DNA of 48,331 bases from Bacteroidales bacterium UBA2030 (GTDB lineage: Bacteria > Bacteroidota > Bacteroidia > Bacteroidales > TTA-H9), in NCBI GenBank assembly GCA_002332755.1, contig DDBO01000035.1:1-48331 (forward strand), given 5' to 3'. Numbering within the stretch: the stretch's first letter is position 1; each line of letters begins with the position of its first letter. Shown piece after piece: positions 1 to 9,438 of this stretch. The notes below the pieces were generated by a model that was not told the DNA's origin, made no database searches, and saw only the letters and a list, made by a program, of their open reading frames with translations. The position numbers and the translations under genes are program-made.

Positions 1-873
1 GATGCAGATACCTATTATCCACCAGACTATTTTGCGGCCTTAAGGGAGACTTTTCAACAATTTCCGCAAGCCACAGGAATTTGTGTACCCTATCATCACC
101 CTCTGAGTGGAAACGAGGAGGCAGACCGCTGCATGCTCCGCTACGAAATTTATATGAGAGCTTATGCACTCAACCTGCTTGCAATTGAAAATCCCTATGC
201 TTTTACGGCAATTGGGTCGTCGATGGCAACTACCGTAAGGGTGTACCGGAAACTTGGGGGAATTACTCCCTATGCAGCTGGAGAAGATTTCTATTTTATT
301 CAAAAATTGGCAAAAAACGGGCCGCTGGTCACCTGGGCTCCAACGAAAGCCTTCCCTGCCGGACGCTTTTCTGACCGTGTGATTTTTGGAACGGGTCCGG
401 CGATGATAAAAGGCCGTCAAGGAGATTGGAGCTCTTACCCTGTCTATCCCCCTTCTTTATTTATTCCCATTCGAGATACCTTCGCTTTATTTGAACCTCT
501 CTTTGAAAAAGATATTGCAACCCCCCTCGACAACTTTTTAGAGAGGACATTCGGTACACGATTCATATGGCAAACTTTGCGCGATAATGCACGATCCATT
601 GAAAGTTTTAAAAGAGCCTGCATGCAAAAAATAGATGGTTTGCGTATCTTGCAATATGTAAAGTCGAATTTGCAAAATCATGGAGGCAGTAATGAAGATC
701 ATTTAAACGCATTACTGCAGACCCTGCCCGGGGGAGAAAATTACATGCTACATACATCCTTTTCATCCACTCCCATCGAAACACTTGAACGAATCCGGTT
801 GTTTATGGAGCAGACAGAAGAAACCATTCGCCAAACCAGCCTGGTAGTTAATCAAAAATATTTTAAAAAATGA
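1..873 (+). CDS. glycosyltransferase family 2-like protein, 5'-truncated at window edge
   Basis: Frame 1 is open from base 1 (DADTYYPPDYFAALRETF...) and continues into the tracked ORF 133..873. The D-x-D start and the GEDFYF segment are GT-A/GT2-like. The stop overlaps the miaA start (ATGA at 870-873). Confidence 0.6.
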   Translation, partial: DADTYYPPDYFAALRETFQQFPQATGICVPYHHPLSGNEEADRCMLRYEIYMRAYALNLLAIENPYAFTAIGSSMATTVRVYRKLGGITPYAAGEDFYFIQKLAKNGPLVTWAPTKAFPAGRFSDRVIFGTGPAMIKGRQGDWSSYPVYPPSLFIPIRDTFALFEPLFEKDIATPLDNFLERTFGTRFIWQTLRDNARSIESFKRACMQKIDGLRILQYVKSNLQNHGGSNEDHLNALLQTLPGGENYMLHTSFSSTPIETLERIRLFMEQTEETIRQTSLVVNQKYFKK

Positions 874-1799
874 TAGTTATCACTGGACCTACCGCATTGG
901 GGAAAACCCGGCTGGCCGCCCGATTGGCTGCCAGCTTGGGGGGAGAAATCATCAGTGCAGATTCTCGACAGGTATTTAAAAATATGGATATCGGTACGGG
1001 TAAAGACCTGCAAGACTATATTGTTGATCGTATAACAGTACCCTATCATTTGGTAGATATCCGTTTTCCTGGTGACACATTCAGTGTCTATGATTTTGTG
1101 GAAGAATTCAGCCGGGTAAAACCTGAGATTTTAAAGAGGGGGCATCATGCAATATTATGCGGAGGTACCGGTCTGTATATTGAGGCAGTGGTGGCAGGTT
1201 ATCATCTACCGTTTGTTCCAATCGATCACGAACTAAGGGAAAAGTTCAGTCCCCTCAGCGATAAAGAACTCATCCAAATGCTTGCCTCCATGCGGACTTT
1301 ACACAACACAACCGATATTACCGACCGTGACCGCCTGGTGAGGGCAATTGAAATTGAAATGTGGAAGCAGAATCATCCAGACCTGAAACCTGAGATTCCT
1401 CCCTATTTTCTGATTGGCTTAACGGCCGAAAGAAAAGAACTACGCAGAAAGATTACCGAAAGGTTGCGTTTCAGATTAAAAAACGGACTTATTGAAGAGG
1501 TAAGCTCATTGCTGGAGCGGGGAGTTCCATCAGAAAAGCTGGAATTTTATGGCCTTGAATACCGTTATGTGAACCGCTACCTTTGTGGTCAGTTGACCTA
1601 TGAAGCAATGTTCGAGGGACTCAACACAGCAATTCATCAGTTTGCCAAGCGCCAGCAAACGTGGTTTCGCCGCATGGAGCGCAAAGGTTTTAATATCCAC
1701 TGGCTGGATGCTTCTGTGGGGCCTGACGAGCTATACGTTCAAGCCCGGCAACTACTCGAAGAAAACCGCTACGAATGGGATGAATTCATAAAAAAATAA
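870..1799 (+). CDS. miaA: tRNA dimethylallyltransferase
   Basis: 309 aa with P-loop GPTALGKT and SADSRQVFKNMDIGTGK, and a QRQQTWFRR C-terminal region typical of MiaA. Confidence 0.9.
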   Translation: MIVITGPTALGKTRLAARLAASLGGEIISADSRQVFKNMDIGTGKDLQDYIVDRITVPYHLVDIRFPGDTFSVYDFVEEFSRVKPEILKRGHHAILCGGTGLYIEAVVAGYHLPFVPIDHELREKFSPLSDKELIQMLASMRTLHNTTDITDRDRLVRAIEIEMWKQNHPDLKPEIPPYFLIGLTAERKELRRKITERLRFRLKNGLIEEVSSLLERGVPSEKLEFYGLEYRYVNRYLCGQLTYEAMFEGLNTAIHQFAKRQQTWFRRMERKGFNIHWLDASVGPDELYVQARQLLEENRYEWDEFIKK

Positions 1800-1813
1800 A
1801 TCACCCTGAATTT

Positions 1814-2818
1814 ATGCCAGCAAAAAACATGGTCATTACCGGAGCTACGGGTTTTATTGGGAGCTTTTTGATAAAAGAAGCTTTAAAAAACGGATACCGG
1901 GTGATTGCCTGGGGAAGAGAGGAGAGCAGTAAAGGCCACCTGCCTGAGGAGGTTGAATTATTAAAACCCGGATTCAACAACTATAAAAAAATGGCAGAGG
2001 CACTGCAATACCTTCAGAGCAACTATGGAAGCATTGATGTATTCATACACAATGCCGGACTCACCAAAACCCTTCATCCTGATGAATTCATGGAGGTAAA
2101 TGCCAATAACACTTTTCGCCTGACAGAAGTAATGCGCCTCACCAATCAGAAACCCGGCCGTTTTATCCTTATGAGTAGTCTTGCAGCTGCAGGACCTGGC
2201 GACCCGGTGACTTTAAAGCCCATCTCCCCCACCGACGAACCTCATCCCAATACTTTATATGGCCGTAGCAAACTGAAAGCAGAAAAGATTGTTCAAACTT
2301 CAGGGCTTAACTGGAACATTATGCGCCCTACCGGTGTCTATGGGCCTCGCGACAAAGACTACCTGGTTATGCTGCAAACCGTTAAGAAAGGTTTAGCCAC
2401 CACAGTAGGTTTCGAGCCTCATTATATCACTTTTGTTTATGTTAAAGACCTGGCCAGAGCGGTTATACTGGCTGCTGAATCACCTTATTCCGGGCAAATT
2501 TTTCATGTGTCGGACGGGCTTACTTATACCGACCGCGAGTTTCGCGACCTATGCATCAAAATCGTAAACCCCAAGGCCATTAAACTTACTGTTCCGGAGA
2601 CAATACTACGACTGACCACAACCGTTGCCGAACCCCTGGGGCGATTGAAAGGGAAAGCCCCAACCCTAAACAAAGATAAATTCCACACCCTCACTGCTCG
2701 CAATTGGAAATGCGACATCTCTCTCACGCAGAACCTTTTGGGATATTCACCCACTTACGACCTGGAAAAAGGCTTAAAAGAAACCTTTGACTGGTATCAA
2801 AAAGCAGGATGGATATAA
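1814..2818 (+). CDS. NAD-dependent epimerase/dehydratase (extended SDR)
   Basis: ITGATGFIGS Rossmann motif and a YGRSK (YxxxK) catalytic motif; 334 aa. Confidence 0.8.
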   Translation: MPAKNMVITGATGFIGSFLIKEALKNGYRVIAWGREESSKGHLPEEVELLKPGFNNYKKMAEALQYLQSNYGSIDVFIHNAGLTKTLHPDEFMEVNANNTFRLTEVMRLTNQKPGRFILMSSLAAAGPGDPVTLKPISPTDEPHPNTLYGRSKLKAEKIVQTSGLNWNIMRPTGVYGPRDKDYLVMLQTVKKGLATTVGFEPHYITFVYVKDLARAVILAAESPYSGQIFHVSDGLTYTDREFRDLCIKIVNPKAIKLTVPETILRLTTTVAEPLGRLKGKAPTLNKDKFHTLTARNWKCDISLTQNLLGYSPTYDLEKGLKETFDWYQKAGWI

Positions 2819-2859
2819 GGATTTAACCGCTTATTTTTTCTCTCTTTTGCAAGGATTAA

Positions 2860-2898
2860 GAAAAAGACCGGAGAAATTTGTTCAACTTCAGCCGGTCT
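2860..2898 (-). terminator. possible intrinsic terminator downstream of galM
   Basis: On the minus strand, AGACCGG (2898-2892) pairs with CCGGTCT (2871-2865), followed by a short T-run. The loop is long (20 nt) and the T-tract is only 4-5 nt. Confidence 0.3.
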
Positions 2899-2940
2899 CT
2901 TTAATCGTTAGAAACGCACTACACTCAGTATTTCAACAGA

Positions 2941-4071
2941 TTACTGAATAAAAAACTTATAAACTGTACGGGTTTTGTATTCCTCGCCGGGACGAAGCAC
3001 AACTGAGGGAAACCAGGGTTTATTAGGACTATCAGGAAAATGCTGGGTTTCGAGGCACAAACCCCAATATTGCTGATAAACGACTTTATATTTCCCTTTC
3101 AAACTGCCATCGAGAAAGTTTCCGGAGTAGAATTGTAGACCGGGTTGATCGGTCCATACCTCCATTGTCCGACCGCTTACCGTATCGGATAAAACTGCAA
3201 CTTTTCTAAATGAATCCACTCCCGTACGCAAAACGAAATTATTGTCGTAGCCAGGCTTTTTATTAAAAACCTTTCGAATGTGCTGACCGATACTTTTAGG
3301 GTTTCGAAAATCGAACGGGGTTCCTTCAACTGGCTTTATATCGCCGGTTGGAATCAAGAGACTATCTACAGGAGTGTAATTATCGGCCATGATTTGAAGT
3401 TTGTGATCGAGAATATCACGCTGCGCATTACCACTCAAATTGAAATAACCATGGTGGGTTAAATTGATTATTGTGGGCTGATCGGTTGTAGCACGATAAT
3501 CAATCCGAAGTTCATTGTCGGTACTCAGGCAATAAGTAACATAAACATCAAGGTTACCCGGATAGCCTTCCTCACCATCAGAGCTTTTATAATGAAGTTC
3601 AAGACAAGGGCCGGATGAATCGATATAGGCTCGGGCATCCCACACCACCTTATCGAACCCTTTAAGGCCTCCATGCAGATGATTGGGGCCGTCGTTGGGT
3701 GTTACATGATACTCTTTACCATCGAGGGTAAATCGAGCCTGTCCAATGCGGTTACCATAGCGGCCCACAATAGCCCCAAAATAAGGTGAATCATTCAGAT
3801 AATCTTTCAAACTGTCGAAGCCCAGGACAATATCCTCAACATTCCCATTTTTATCTTCCATCCAGAGAGACTGAACAATGGCCCCATAGTTGGTTATAGT
3901 GGCTTTCATTCCTCGACCATTGACCAGGGTGAATAATTCCACCTTTTTACCGTCGACACTGCCAAATTCTCTTTGAGTAATCTCCATTTTGGGATAAGTT
4001 TTACAAGCCATAAATGATACGATTATGAAAGTTAAAAAAGCTATAAAGCTCAGAATGTGGATTCTTTTCAT
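2941..4071 (-). CDS. galM: aldose 1-epimerase (galactose mutarotase), exported/lipoprotein-like
   Basis: 376 aa with an N-terminal hydrophobic signal ending in a Cys (IVSFMAC). Mutarotase motifs present: GNRIGQARFTLDGKEY, NHLHGG, THHGYFNL. Confidence 0.85.
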   Translation of the reverse strand: MKRIHILSFIAFLTFIIVSFMACKTYPKMEITQREFGSVDGKKVELFTLVNGRGMKATITNYGAIVQSLWMEDKNGNVEDIVLGFDSLKDYLNDSPYFGAIVGRYGNRIGQARFTLDGKEYHVTPNDGPNHLHGGLKGFDKVVWDARAYIDSSGPCLELHYKSSDGEEGYPGNLDVYVTYCLSTDNELRIDYRATTDQPTIINLTHHGYFNLSGNAQRDILDHKLQIMADNYTPVDSLLIPTGDIKPVEGTPFDFRNPKSIGQHIRKVFNKKPGYDNNFVLRTGVDSFRKVAVLSDTVSGRTMEVWTDQPGLQFYSGNFLDGSLKGKYKVVYQQYWGLCLETQHFPDSPNKPWFPSVVLRPGEEYKTRTVYKFFIQ

Positions 4072-4201
4072 ATGGGCCAGGTTTAAAAATAAGTGGCTAA
4101 ATTTACAAAATTGTAGTTTTTACAATTTGCCCGTAAAATAAAATTATTGCTAACTTGCGGCACATTTATCAAATCACCTAATCGTAAAAGCCACCGCCAT
4201 T

Positions 4202-5899
4202 ATGAAATTTTCAATCATTGATTATGTCATTTTTGCGGCCTACGTTATCACGATCATTGGGGTAGGCCTTTGGGTATCGCGTACACGAAAAGGGACCCAA
4301 AAAACTTCGCAGGATTATTTTCTTGCAAGCAAATCTCTTCCTTGGTGGGCCATTGGGGCTTCGCTTATTGCAGCCAATATCTCAGCAGAACAATTCATTG
4401 GCATGTCAGGGTCAGGTTTTGCTATTGGGTTGGCTATTGCCTCATACGAATGGATGGCTGCCCTCTCACTTATTATTGTGGGCAAATTTTTTCTACCCAT
4501 CTTTATCGAAAAAGGCCTTTACACCATACCCGAATTCATAGAAAAACGCTACAGTACCCAACTTAAATCTATTTTGGCAGTTTTCTGGATTGCCCTTTTC
4601 ATCTTCGTGAATCTTACTTCAGTATTGTTTCTGGGCAGCAAGGCCCTCGATACCATTGTTGGAAATGGGGATGGAAGTCTGATTATGTATTCCATCATTG
4701 GTCTGGCCTTGTTCGCAGCAGCCTATTCTTTATGGGGTGGATTAAGTGCCGTTGCTTGGACCGATGTGATACAGGTGGCTCTTCTGATAGGCGGAGGTTT
4801 GCTTACTACCTTCATTGCCCTGGGGCATGTTTCACCCGATGGAGGCATCATCAGTGGCATCAAACATATATACAATGTAGTCCCTGAAAAATTCTCCATG
4901 ATTATTCAGAAAGGAGAGATTTTTACTCCCAACGGAGAAGATGCCTACAGCTACCTACCGGGGTTGGCAGTTTTATTGGGAGGAATGTGGGTGGCTAACC
5001 TCTATTATTGGGGATTCAATCAGTACATCATTCAGCGCACCCTGGCTGCCAAATCGCTCAACGAAGCCCAACGGGGTATTGTATTTGCCGCATTCCTCAA
5101 ACTCATTATTCCCATCATCGTTGTCATCCCGGGCATCATAGCCTTTGTTATCAATATGGATCCCAGCGGGCATATTACTCAGGGCGTTGCCGATAATACT
5201 TTCTTCAATGCTTTAGGACAAGTAGATAATGATAGGGCTTACCCCTGGCTGGTTAGTCATTTTATACCCACAGGACTCAAGGGGCTGGTAGTTGCAGCTC
5301 TGGTGGCAGCCATAGTATCTTCCTTGGCTTCTATGCTCAACAGTACCAGTACCATCTTCACCATGGACATTTACAAACCCTATTTCTCACCCAAAGCCAG
5401 TGAGGGTGAATTGGTAAAAACCGGCCGTATTACTGCAGCCGTTGCTTTGATAATCGCTATCTTCATGGCGCCGCTATTGGGCAACATCAAGCAGGCTTTC
5501 CAGTACATTCAGGAATATACAGGCATTGTTAGTCCGGGAATTCTGGCCATCTTCCTTATGGGCTTATTCTACCGCAGAGCTACCAACAAATCAGCTATTT
5601 TCGGTGCTCTGTTTAGTATTGTAGTGGCTTTCTACTTCAAAATTGGTCAAAATGGCTGGCTCAGTGGTACATCGCTCGAAAGCCTGTTCCCCAGCCTTCC
5701 CTGGATGGACCAGATGGGATTAACATGCTTGCTCACTATGGCTGTAATTGCTATTTATAGTTACTTCGAAACCAATGGAAAAATCGACGAAAAGGGTATC
5801 GCTCTTACGAAAAAAACCTTTGAAACTGATGCAGTTTTCAATATCACAGCCTCAATTGTGATTTTGATTCTCGTGGCTCTATATGCCATTTTCTGGTAA
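4202..5899 (+). CDS. sodium:solute symporter family (SGLT-like Na+/sugar cotransporter)
   Basis: 565 aa and polytopic, with SSS-family motifs (WWAIGASLIAANISAEQFIGMSG, YNQYIIQRTLAAKS). It is divergent from galM, which suggests a hexose substrate. Confidence 0.85.
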   Translation: MKFSIIDYVIFAAYVITIIGVGLWVSRTRKGTQKTSQDYFLASKSLPWWAIGASLIAANISAEQFIGMSGSGFAIGLAIASYEWMAALSLIIVGKFFLPIFIEKGLYTIPEFIEKRYSTQLKSILAVFWIALFIFVNLTSVLFLGSKALDTIVGNGDGSLIMYSIIGLALFAAAYSLWGGLSAVAWTDVIQVALLIGGGLLTTFIALGHVSPDGGIISGIKHIYNVVPEKFSMIIQKGEIFTPNGEDAYSYLPGLAVLLGGMWVANLYYWGFNQYIIQRTLAAKSLNEAQRGIVFAAFLKLIIPIIVVIPGIIAFVINMDPSGHITQGVADNTFFNALGQVDNDRAYPWLVSHFIPTGLKGLVVAALVAAIVSSLASMLNSTSTIFTMDIYKPYFSPKASEGELVKTGRITAAVALIIAIFMAPLLGNIKQAFQYIQEYTGIVSPGILAIFLMGLFYRRATNKSAIFGALFSIVVAFYFKIGQNGWLSGTSLESLFPSLPWMDQMGLTCLLTMAVIAIYSYFETNGKIDEKGIALTKKTFETDAVFNITASIVILILVALYAIFW

Positions 5900-5921
5900 T
5901 TTTATTTACAAAAACGCTTTG

Positions 5922-5960
5922 CAGAGGCTGTCTCTCCGGAGTCAGCCTCTGACTTTTTTT
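5922..5960 (+). terminator. Rho-independent terminator after the symporter gene
   Basis: Perfect 9-bp stem CAGAGGCTG (5922-5930) / CAGCCTCTG (5943-5951), followed by a T7 run (5954-5960). Confidence 0.8.
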
Positions 5961-6015
5961 AATAAGTTCAAATAGACAGCAACTTCTCTGATTTTGCCCT
6001 ATGCCTGCAACCTTT

Positions 6016-6023
6016 TACCTTTG
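6016..6023 (+). promoter_or_regulatory. candidate Bacteroidota -7 promoter box (TACCTTTG)
   Basis: Exact match to TAnnTTTG, 35 nt upstream of the ATG at 6058. Confidence 0.35.
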
Positions 6024-6057
6024 CTTTCGTTAAAGCCATACACAAGCCGGCAGAATA

Positions 6058-7578
6058 ATGAAAAGAAAACACTTTACTTTTGCATTACTGGTAGTCATGC
6101 TCTTTTCTTGCCGGCATGAAGAAAATAAACAGACGGAAAACCTTGTGTTGGTAGAAAAACCAGCAATAGTTTTTTATTATCCATCAACGCTTGTGGAGGA
6201 CAGCCTGCAAAGGGCAATGGGGTCTCGGTTTTTCGATCTTCGCGACAGCCTTACACGGTTTAATTCCGAATGGAGACACTATGCTGATTCTAATGGACTG
6301 ATGCAAGTGAACACAACCTCTTATAGGATAATATTTAAGGTTCAGCCAGGGTACGAAGTAAATATTGACACACGCAGATGGGGAGCTCCTTACGGAATCA
6401 TTGTATTTGAAGAAGGTAAAGCCCCTGTAGTGTTGAAGACACAGCGCCCGCCTAAACCCCAGCCGATTGCTACAGAAACCACAGGAAAACCCCAAAAAAT
6501 TGCCAGGAAGCCCAAACAGCCGATGGCTATTCCTTCAACGCAACCATCGGTATCAAAAGCCATCCGCCAACAAGATTCTCTGAATTTTATGAGGCGACTG
6601 AAAGCCAGAATTTCCCATTTATTTGAAAGGAAAACTGAGTTTACCTTCACCCATTCCGAACCAGCTTTTCCGGGGGCTATTAGCCGAAAAAAGGTGGTAA
6701 TACTTGGATTGGAAAACGATATTTTTGCAGGCACCGATATGTGGTATACCAACGGCACCACGGGAGAATGGATAAGTCCGGCCTGGCAGCATTCTCCTCT
6801 GAGCCGTTTACTCCACCCCTCCCGCCAAGCCTCTCTTGATTATTATGGTTTGCAAATCAGGCAAAATCTCTATACAGCCAAATATCCATTTTGGGAAGGA
6901 ATACAATATGGCGACCGGCCCTTTGCTGCCTTTATAACGCTGGGTAACTTTAAAATTTCAAACTTTCCCCAAAAAAGGCTGAGATTGCAATCCTCCATCG
7001 ATATTGGAATTATTGGCCCACACGCCTATGGCGGGCAAGTACAGAAATTCATACACAGTTCAGCCAAAGAGCCTGTTGGGTGGGAAAATCAGATCAGGGA
7101 TGATGTAGTGCTGAAATACACTCTGATGGTAGAAAAGTCATTAACAAACATACCCGGTCATGATATTACGGCTGATGCAGGTATGAATGCAGGTACGCTC
7201 TATAACAATGCTTTTGTTGGCCTGGCTTATCGATTTGCCCGTTTCGACCGTCGCTATAGAGATGATTTGCCTGAAGCGTTTAAACCCAACCTCTGGGGAG
7301 AGGTTTTGCGCAAAACCCAGATAGAGGCATTTGCCCGAACATGGGCAACAGCAGTCTTTTACGATGCCACCCTGCAAGGAGGAATTTTCAATCACTCCAG
7401 TCCCTATACCATTCGCGAAAAAGATCTGAGCCGATATGTTTTGGGCGCAAGTGGCGGGTTATCAGCATCATTCAATGGAATTAGCATTGCTTTTTCGATG
7501 TACATGATAAGCCCAGAGTTTGCAACTTTTCGGCGTTGGCACAAGTGGGGAAGAATAGCCATAGGGCTTTCATTTTAA
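6058..7578 (+). CDS. lipoprotein with C-terminal LpxR-like (lipid A deacylase family, DUF2219) domain
   Basis: Lipobox-like signal (LLVVMLFSC). The N-terminal ~130 aa are unassigned and are followed by a Pro/Lys/Gln-rich linker. The C-terminal ~300 aa start with LENDIFAGTDMWYTNGT, the signature opening of LpxR-family barrels. Confidence 0.55.
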   Translation: MKRKHFTFALLVVMLFSCRHEENKQTENLVLVEKPAIVFYYPSTLVEDSLQRAMGSRFFDLRDSLTRFNSEWRHYADSNGLMQVNTTSYRIIFKVQPGYEVNIDTRRWGAPYGIIVFEEGKAPVVLKTQRPPKPQPIATETTGKPQKIARKPKQPMAIPSTQPSVSKAIRQQDSLNFMRRLKARISHLFERKTEFTFTHSEPAFPGAISRKKVVILGLENDIFAGTDMWYTNGTTGEWISPAWQHSPLSRLLHPSRQASLDYYGLQIRQNLYTAKYPFWEGIQYGDRPFAAFITLGNFKISNFPQKRLRLQSSIDIGIIGPHAYGGQVQKFIHSSAKEPVGWENQIRDDVVLKYTLMVEKSLTNIPGHDITADAGMNAGTLYNNAFVGLAYRFARFDRRYRDDLPEAFKPNLWGEVLRKTQIEAFARTWATAVFYDATLQGGIFNHSSPYTIREKDLSRYVLGASGGLSASFNGISIAFSMYMISPEFATFRRWHKWGRIAIGLSF

Positions 7579-7728
7579 GGATGAAATTCAACAAAATATT
7601 TTAATGATTATTAATCACTTATACACTTAATGAGTGATTTGCGGTAATTTCGGGGAAATTCAAGGCAAATCAAAGAAAACTCTTTCCGTAATTTCGCAAA
7701 AAAAATCTAACCAGTTGCAATTTCTCTC

Positions 7729-9438
7729 ATGCAAACAGAAAATACTCTCATCCAGCTCTTTACATCCTTATATGGACTCCAGTATCAATCATTGATTCGC
7801 GATTTTATCGCAGAATTAAAAGCATTGAAAGGCACCCTCGACATCAAGCCAACGGAAAAAGAATGGTATAAAGATGCCGTGGTATATTCGCTTTATGTTG
7901 ATCTTTTTAATAAAGATTTTCAAGGACTTACCGAAAAACTGGATTACATCCGTTCGTTGGGTGCCAATACCCTCTGGCTTCTCCCCATCCTCGATTCACC
8001 GATGCGGGATGCCGGATTCGATATTCGCGACTATCGTAGCATCAGACGGGAACTTTTTTCTTTGCCGGCCGACACTCCGGCAGAAGATACGCGCAAGTTA
8101 TTCCGCAATTTTCTTGACCAAGCACACGATAAGGGTCTTCGGGTGATTTTCGATATTGCGATGAATCATACCTCGAACGAGCATCCCTGGTTTATAGAGT
8201 CGCGCAAAGGCCCGGAAAATCCGTATCGCGATTATTACATCTGGAATAAAGACACCAACCTATACAAAGAGACCCGATTACTCTTTAAAGGCCTATGCCC
8301 CAGCAACTGGGAGTATGATAATGGATGGTACTTTTTCCACCGCTTTTATGAATTTCAACCAGACCTCAACTATCGTAATCCCAAGGTGTTGATTGAAATA
8401 AGCCGAATACTTGTCTTCTGGCTTAGTCAGGGAGTGGATGGATTCAGAGCCGATGCAATTCCTTTTATCTGGAAAGAAGATGGGACAGATTGCGAAAATC
8501 TTCCACAAACCCATACGATTGTAAAATTTTTTAGGGCAGTTCTCGATTTCTTAAGGCCAGGAACACTCTTGTTGGCTGAAGCCTGTCAACCCCCCAAAGA
8601 AGTTGTAAAATACTTCGGAGAAGGAGATGAATGTCATGCAGGCTATCATTTTCCGCTCATGCCTCAGATTTTCATCAGCGTGGCAATGGCCGATGCCCGT
8701 CCTGTACAGCAAGTGCTCAGTGCCGAAGTAACTCCTTCCATTCCACCATCCTGCCAATGGTTTACATTTTTAAGGCTGCATGATGAATTAACCTTGGAAA
8801 TGGTAACCCCGGACGAACGCGACATTATGAATAGCCATTACAGGCACGATATACGGTGGAATTTTCGTGAAGGAGAAGGCATTTCCGCCCGGTTGGCCGA
8901 ACTGTTTAAATTCGATGCACAACGTATTTTACAGGCCTATAGTATAATGTTAACCCTGCCCGGTACTCCGGTAATTTATTACGGCGATGAATTGGGCAAA
9001 GGCAACGACGAGGCATGGTTCGATTATATGACCCAAATTACCGGCCATCCCGATAGCCGTTTTTATGTAAGAGGCCCTATCGATTGGCAATGGGTGAAAG
9101 ATCAACTCGCTAATCCTGAATCATTTACATGCAAAATGTTCAATGGCCTAAGCCAGATGCTCAAAATAAGGAACACACATAGCCTTTTTGGACACGGAAT
9201 TCTATGCTGGGAAACGCCCTTAGAAAATCTCCCCAATCATGTTCTAGCCTGGCGAAGGATTTATAATGGACAAGAAATGCTTGCAATTCATAACCTTTCA
9301 AATCAACCAGTGAACATCACTTTAAAAAGTAGTTCCTGTAGCTGGCAACCAGGTTTTTCGATGGGGATGAATGAGACAGAAAAAGAAATCCTTACCTTTG
9401 AACCTCATGGATTTGCCTGGTTATTTAATATCTTATGA
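7729..9438 (+). CDS. GH13 alpha-amylase-family enzyme (trehalose synthase / amylosucrase-like)
   Basis: WYKDAVVYSLYVDLF...GLTEKLDYIRSLGANTLWLLPI...DAGFDIRDY, NHTSNEHPWF, GVDGFRADAI and the LHDELTLE conserved regions of GH13. No signal peptide. Confidence 0.85.
   Translation: MQTENTLIQLFTSLYGLQYQSLIRDFIAELKALKGTLDIKPTEKEWYKDAVVYSLYVDLFNKDFQGLTEKLDYIRSLGANTLWLLPILDSPMRDAGFDIRDYRSIRRELFSLPADTPAEDTRKLFRNFLDQAHDKGLRVIFDIAMNHTSNEHPWFIESRKGPENPYRDYYIWNKDTNLYKETRLLFKGLCPSNWEYDNGWYFFHRFYEFQPDLNYRNPKVLIEISRILVFWLSQGVDGFRADAIPFIWKEDGTDCENLPQTHTIVKFFRAVLDFLRPGTLLLAEACQPPKEVVKYFGEGDECHAGYHFPLMPQIFISVAMADARPVQQVLSAEVTPSIPPSCQWFTFLRLHDELTLEMVTPDERDIMNSHYRHDIRWNFREGEGISARLAELFKFDAQRILQAYSIMLTLPGTPVIYYGDELGKGNDEAWFDYMTQITGHPDSRFYVRGPIDWQWVKDQLANPESFTCKMFNGLSQMLKIRNTHSLFGHGILCWETPLENLPNHVLAWRRIYNGQEMLAIHNLSNQPVNITLKSSSCSWQPGFSMGMNETEKEILTFEPHGFAWLFNIL

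Noticed and set aside
40-420. 126-aa minus-strand ORF at the window start
   Set aside because: It is antisense to the glycosyltransferase frame, which is open from base 1 and carries recognisable GT-A motifs.
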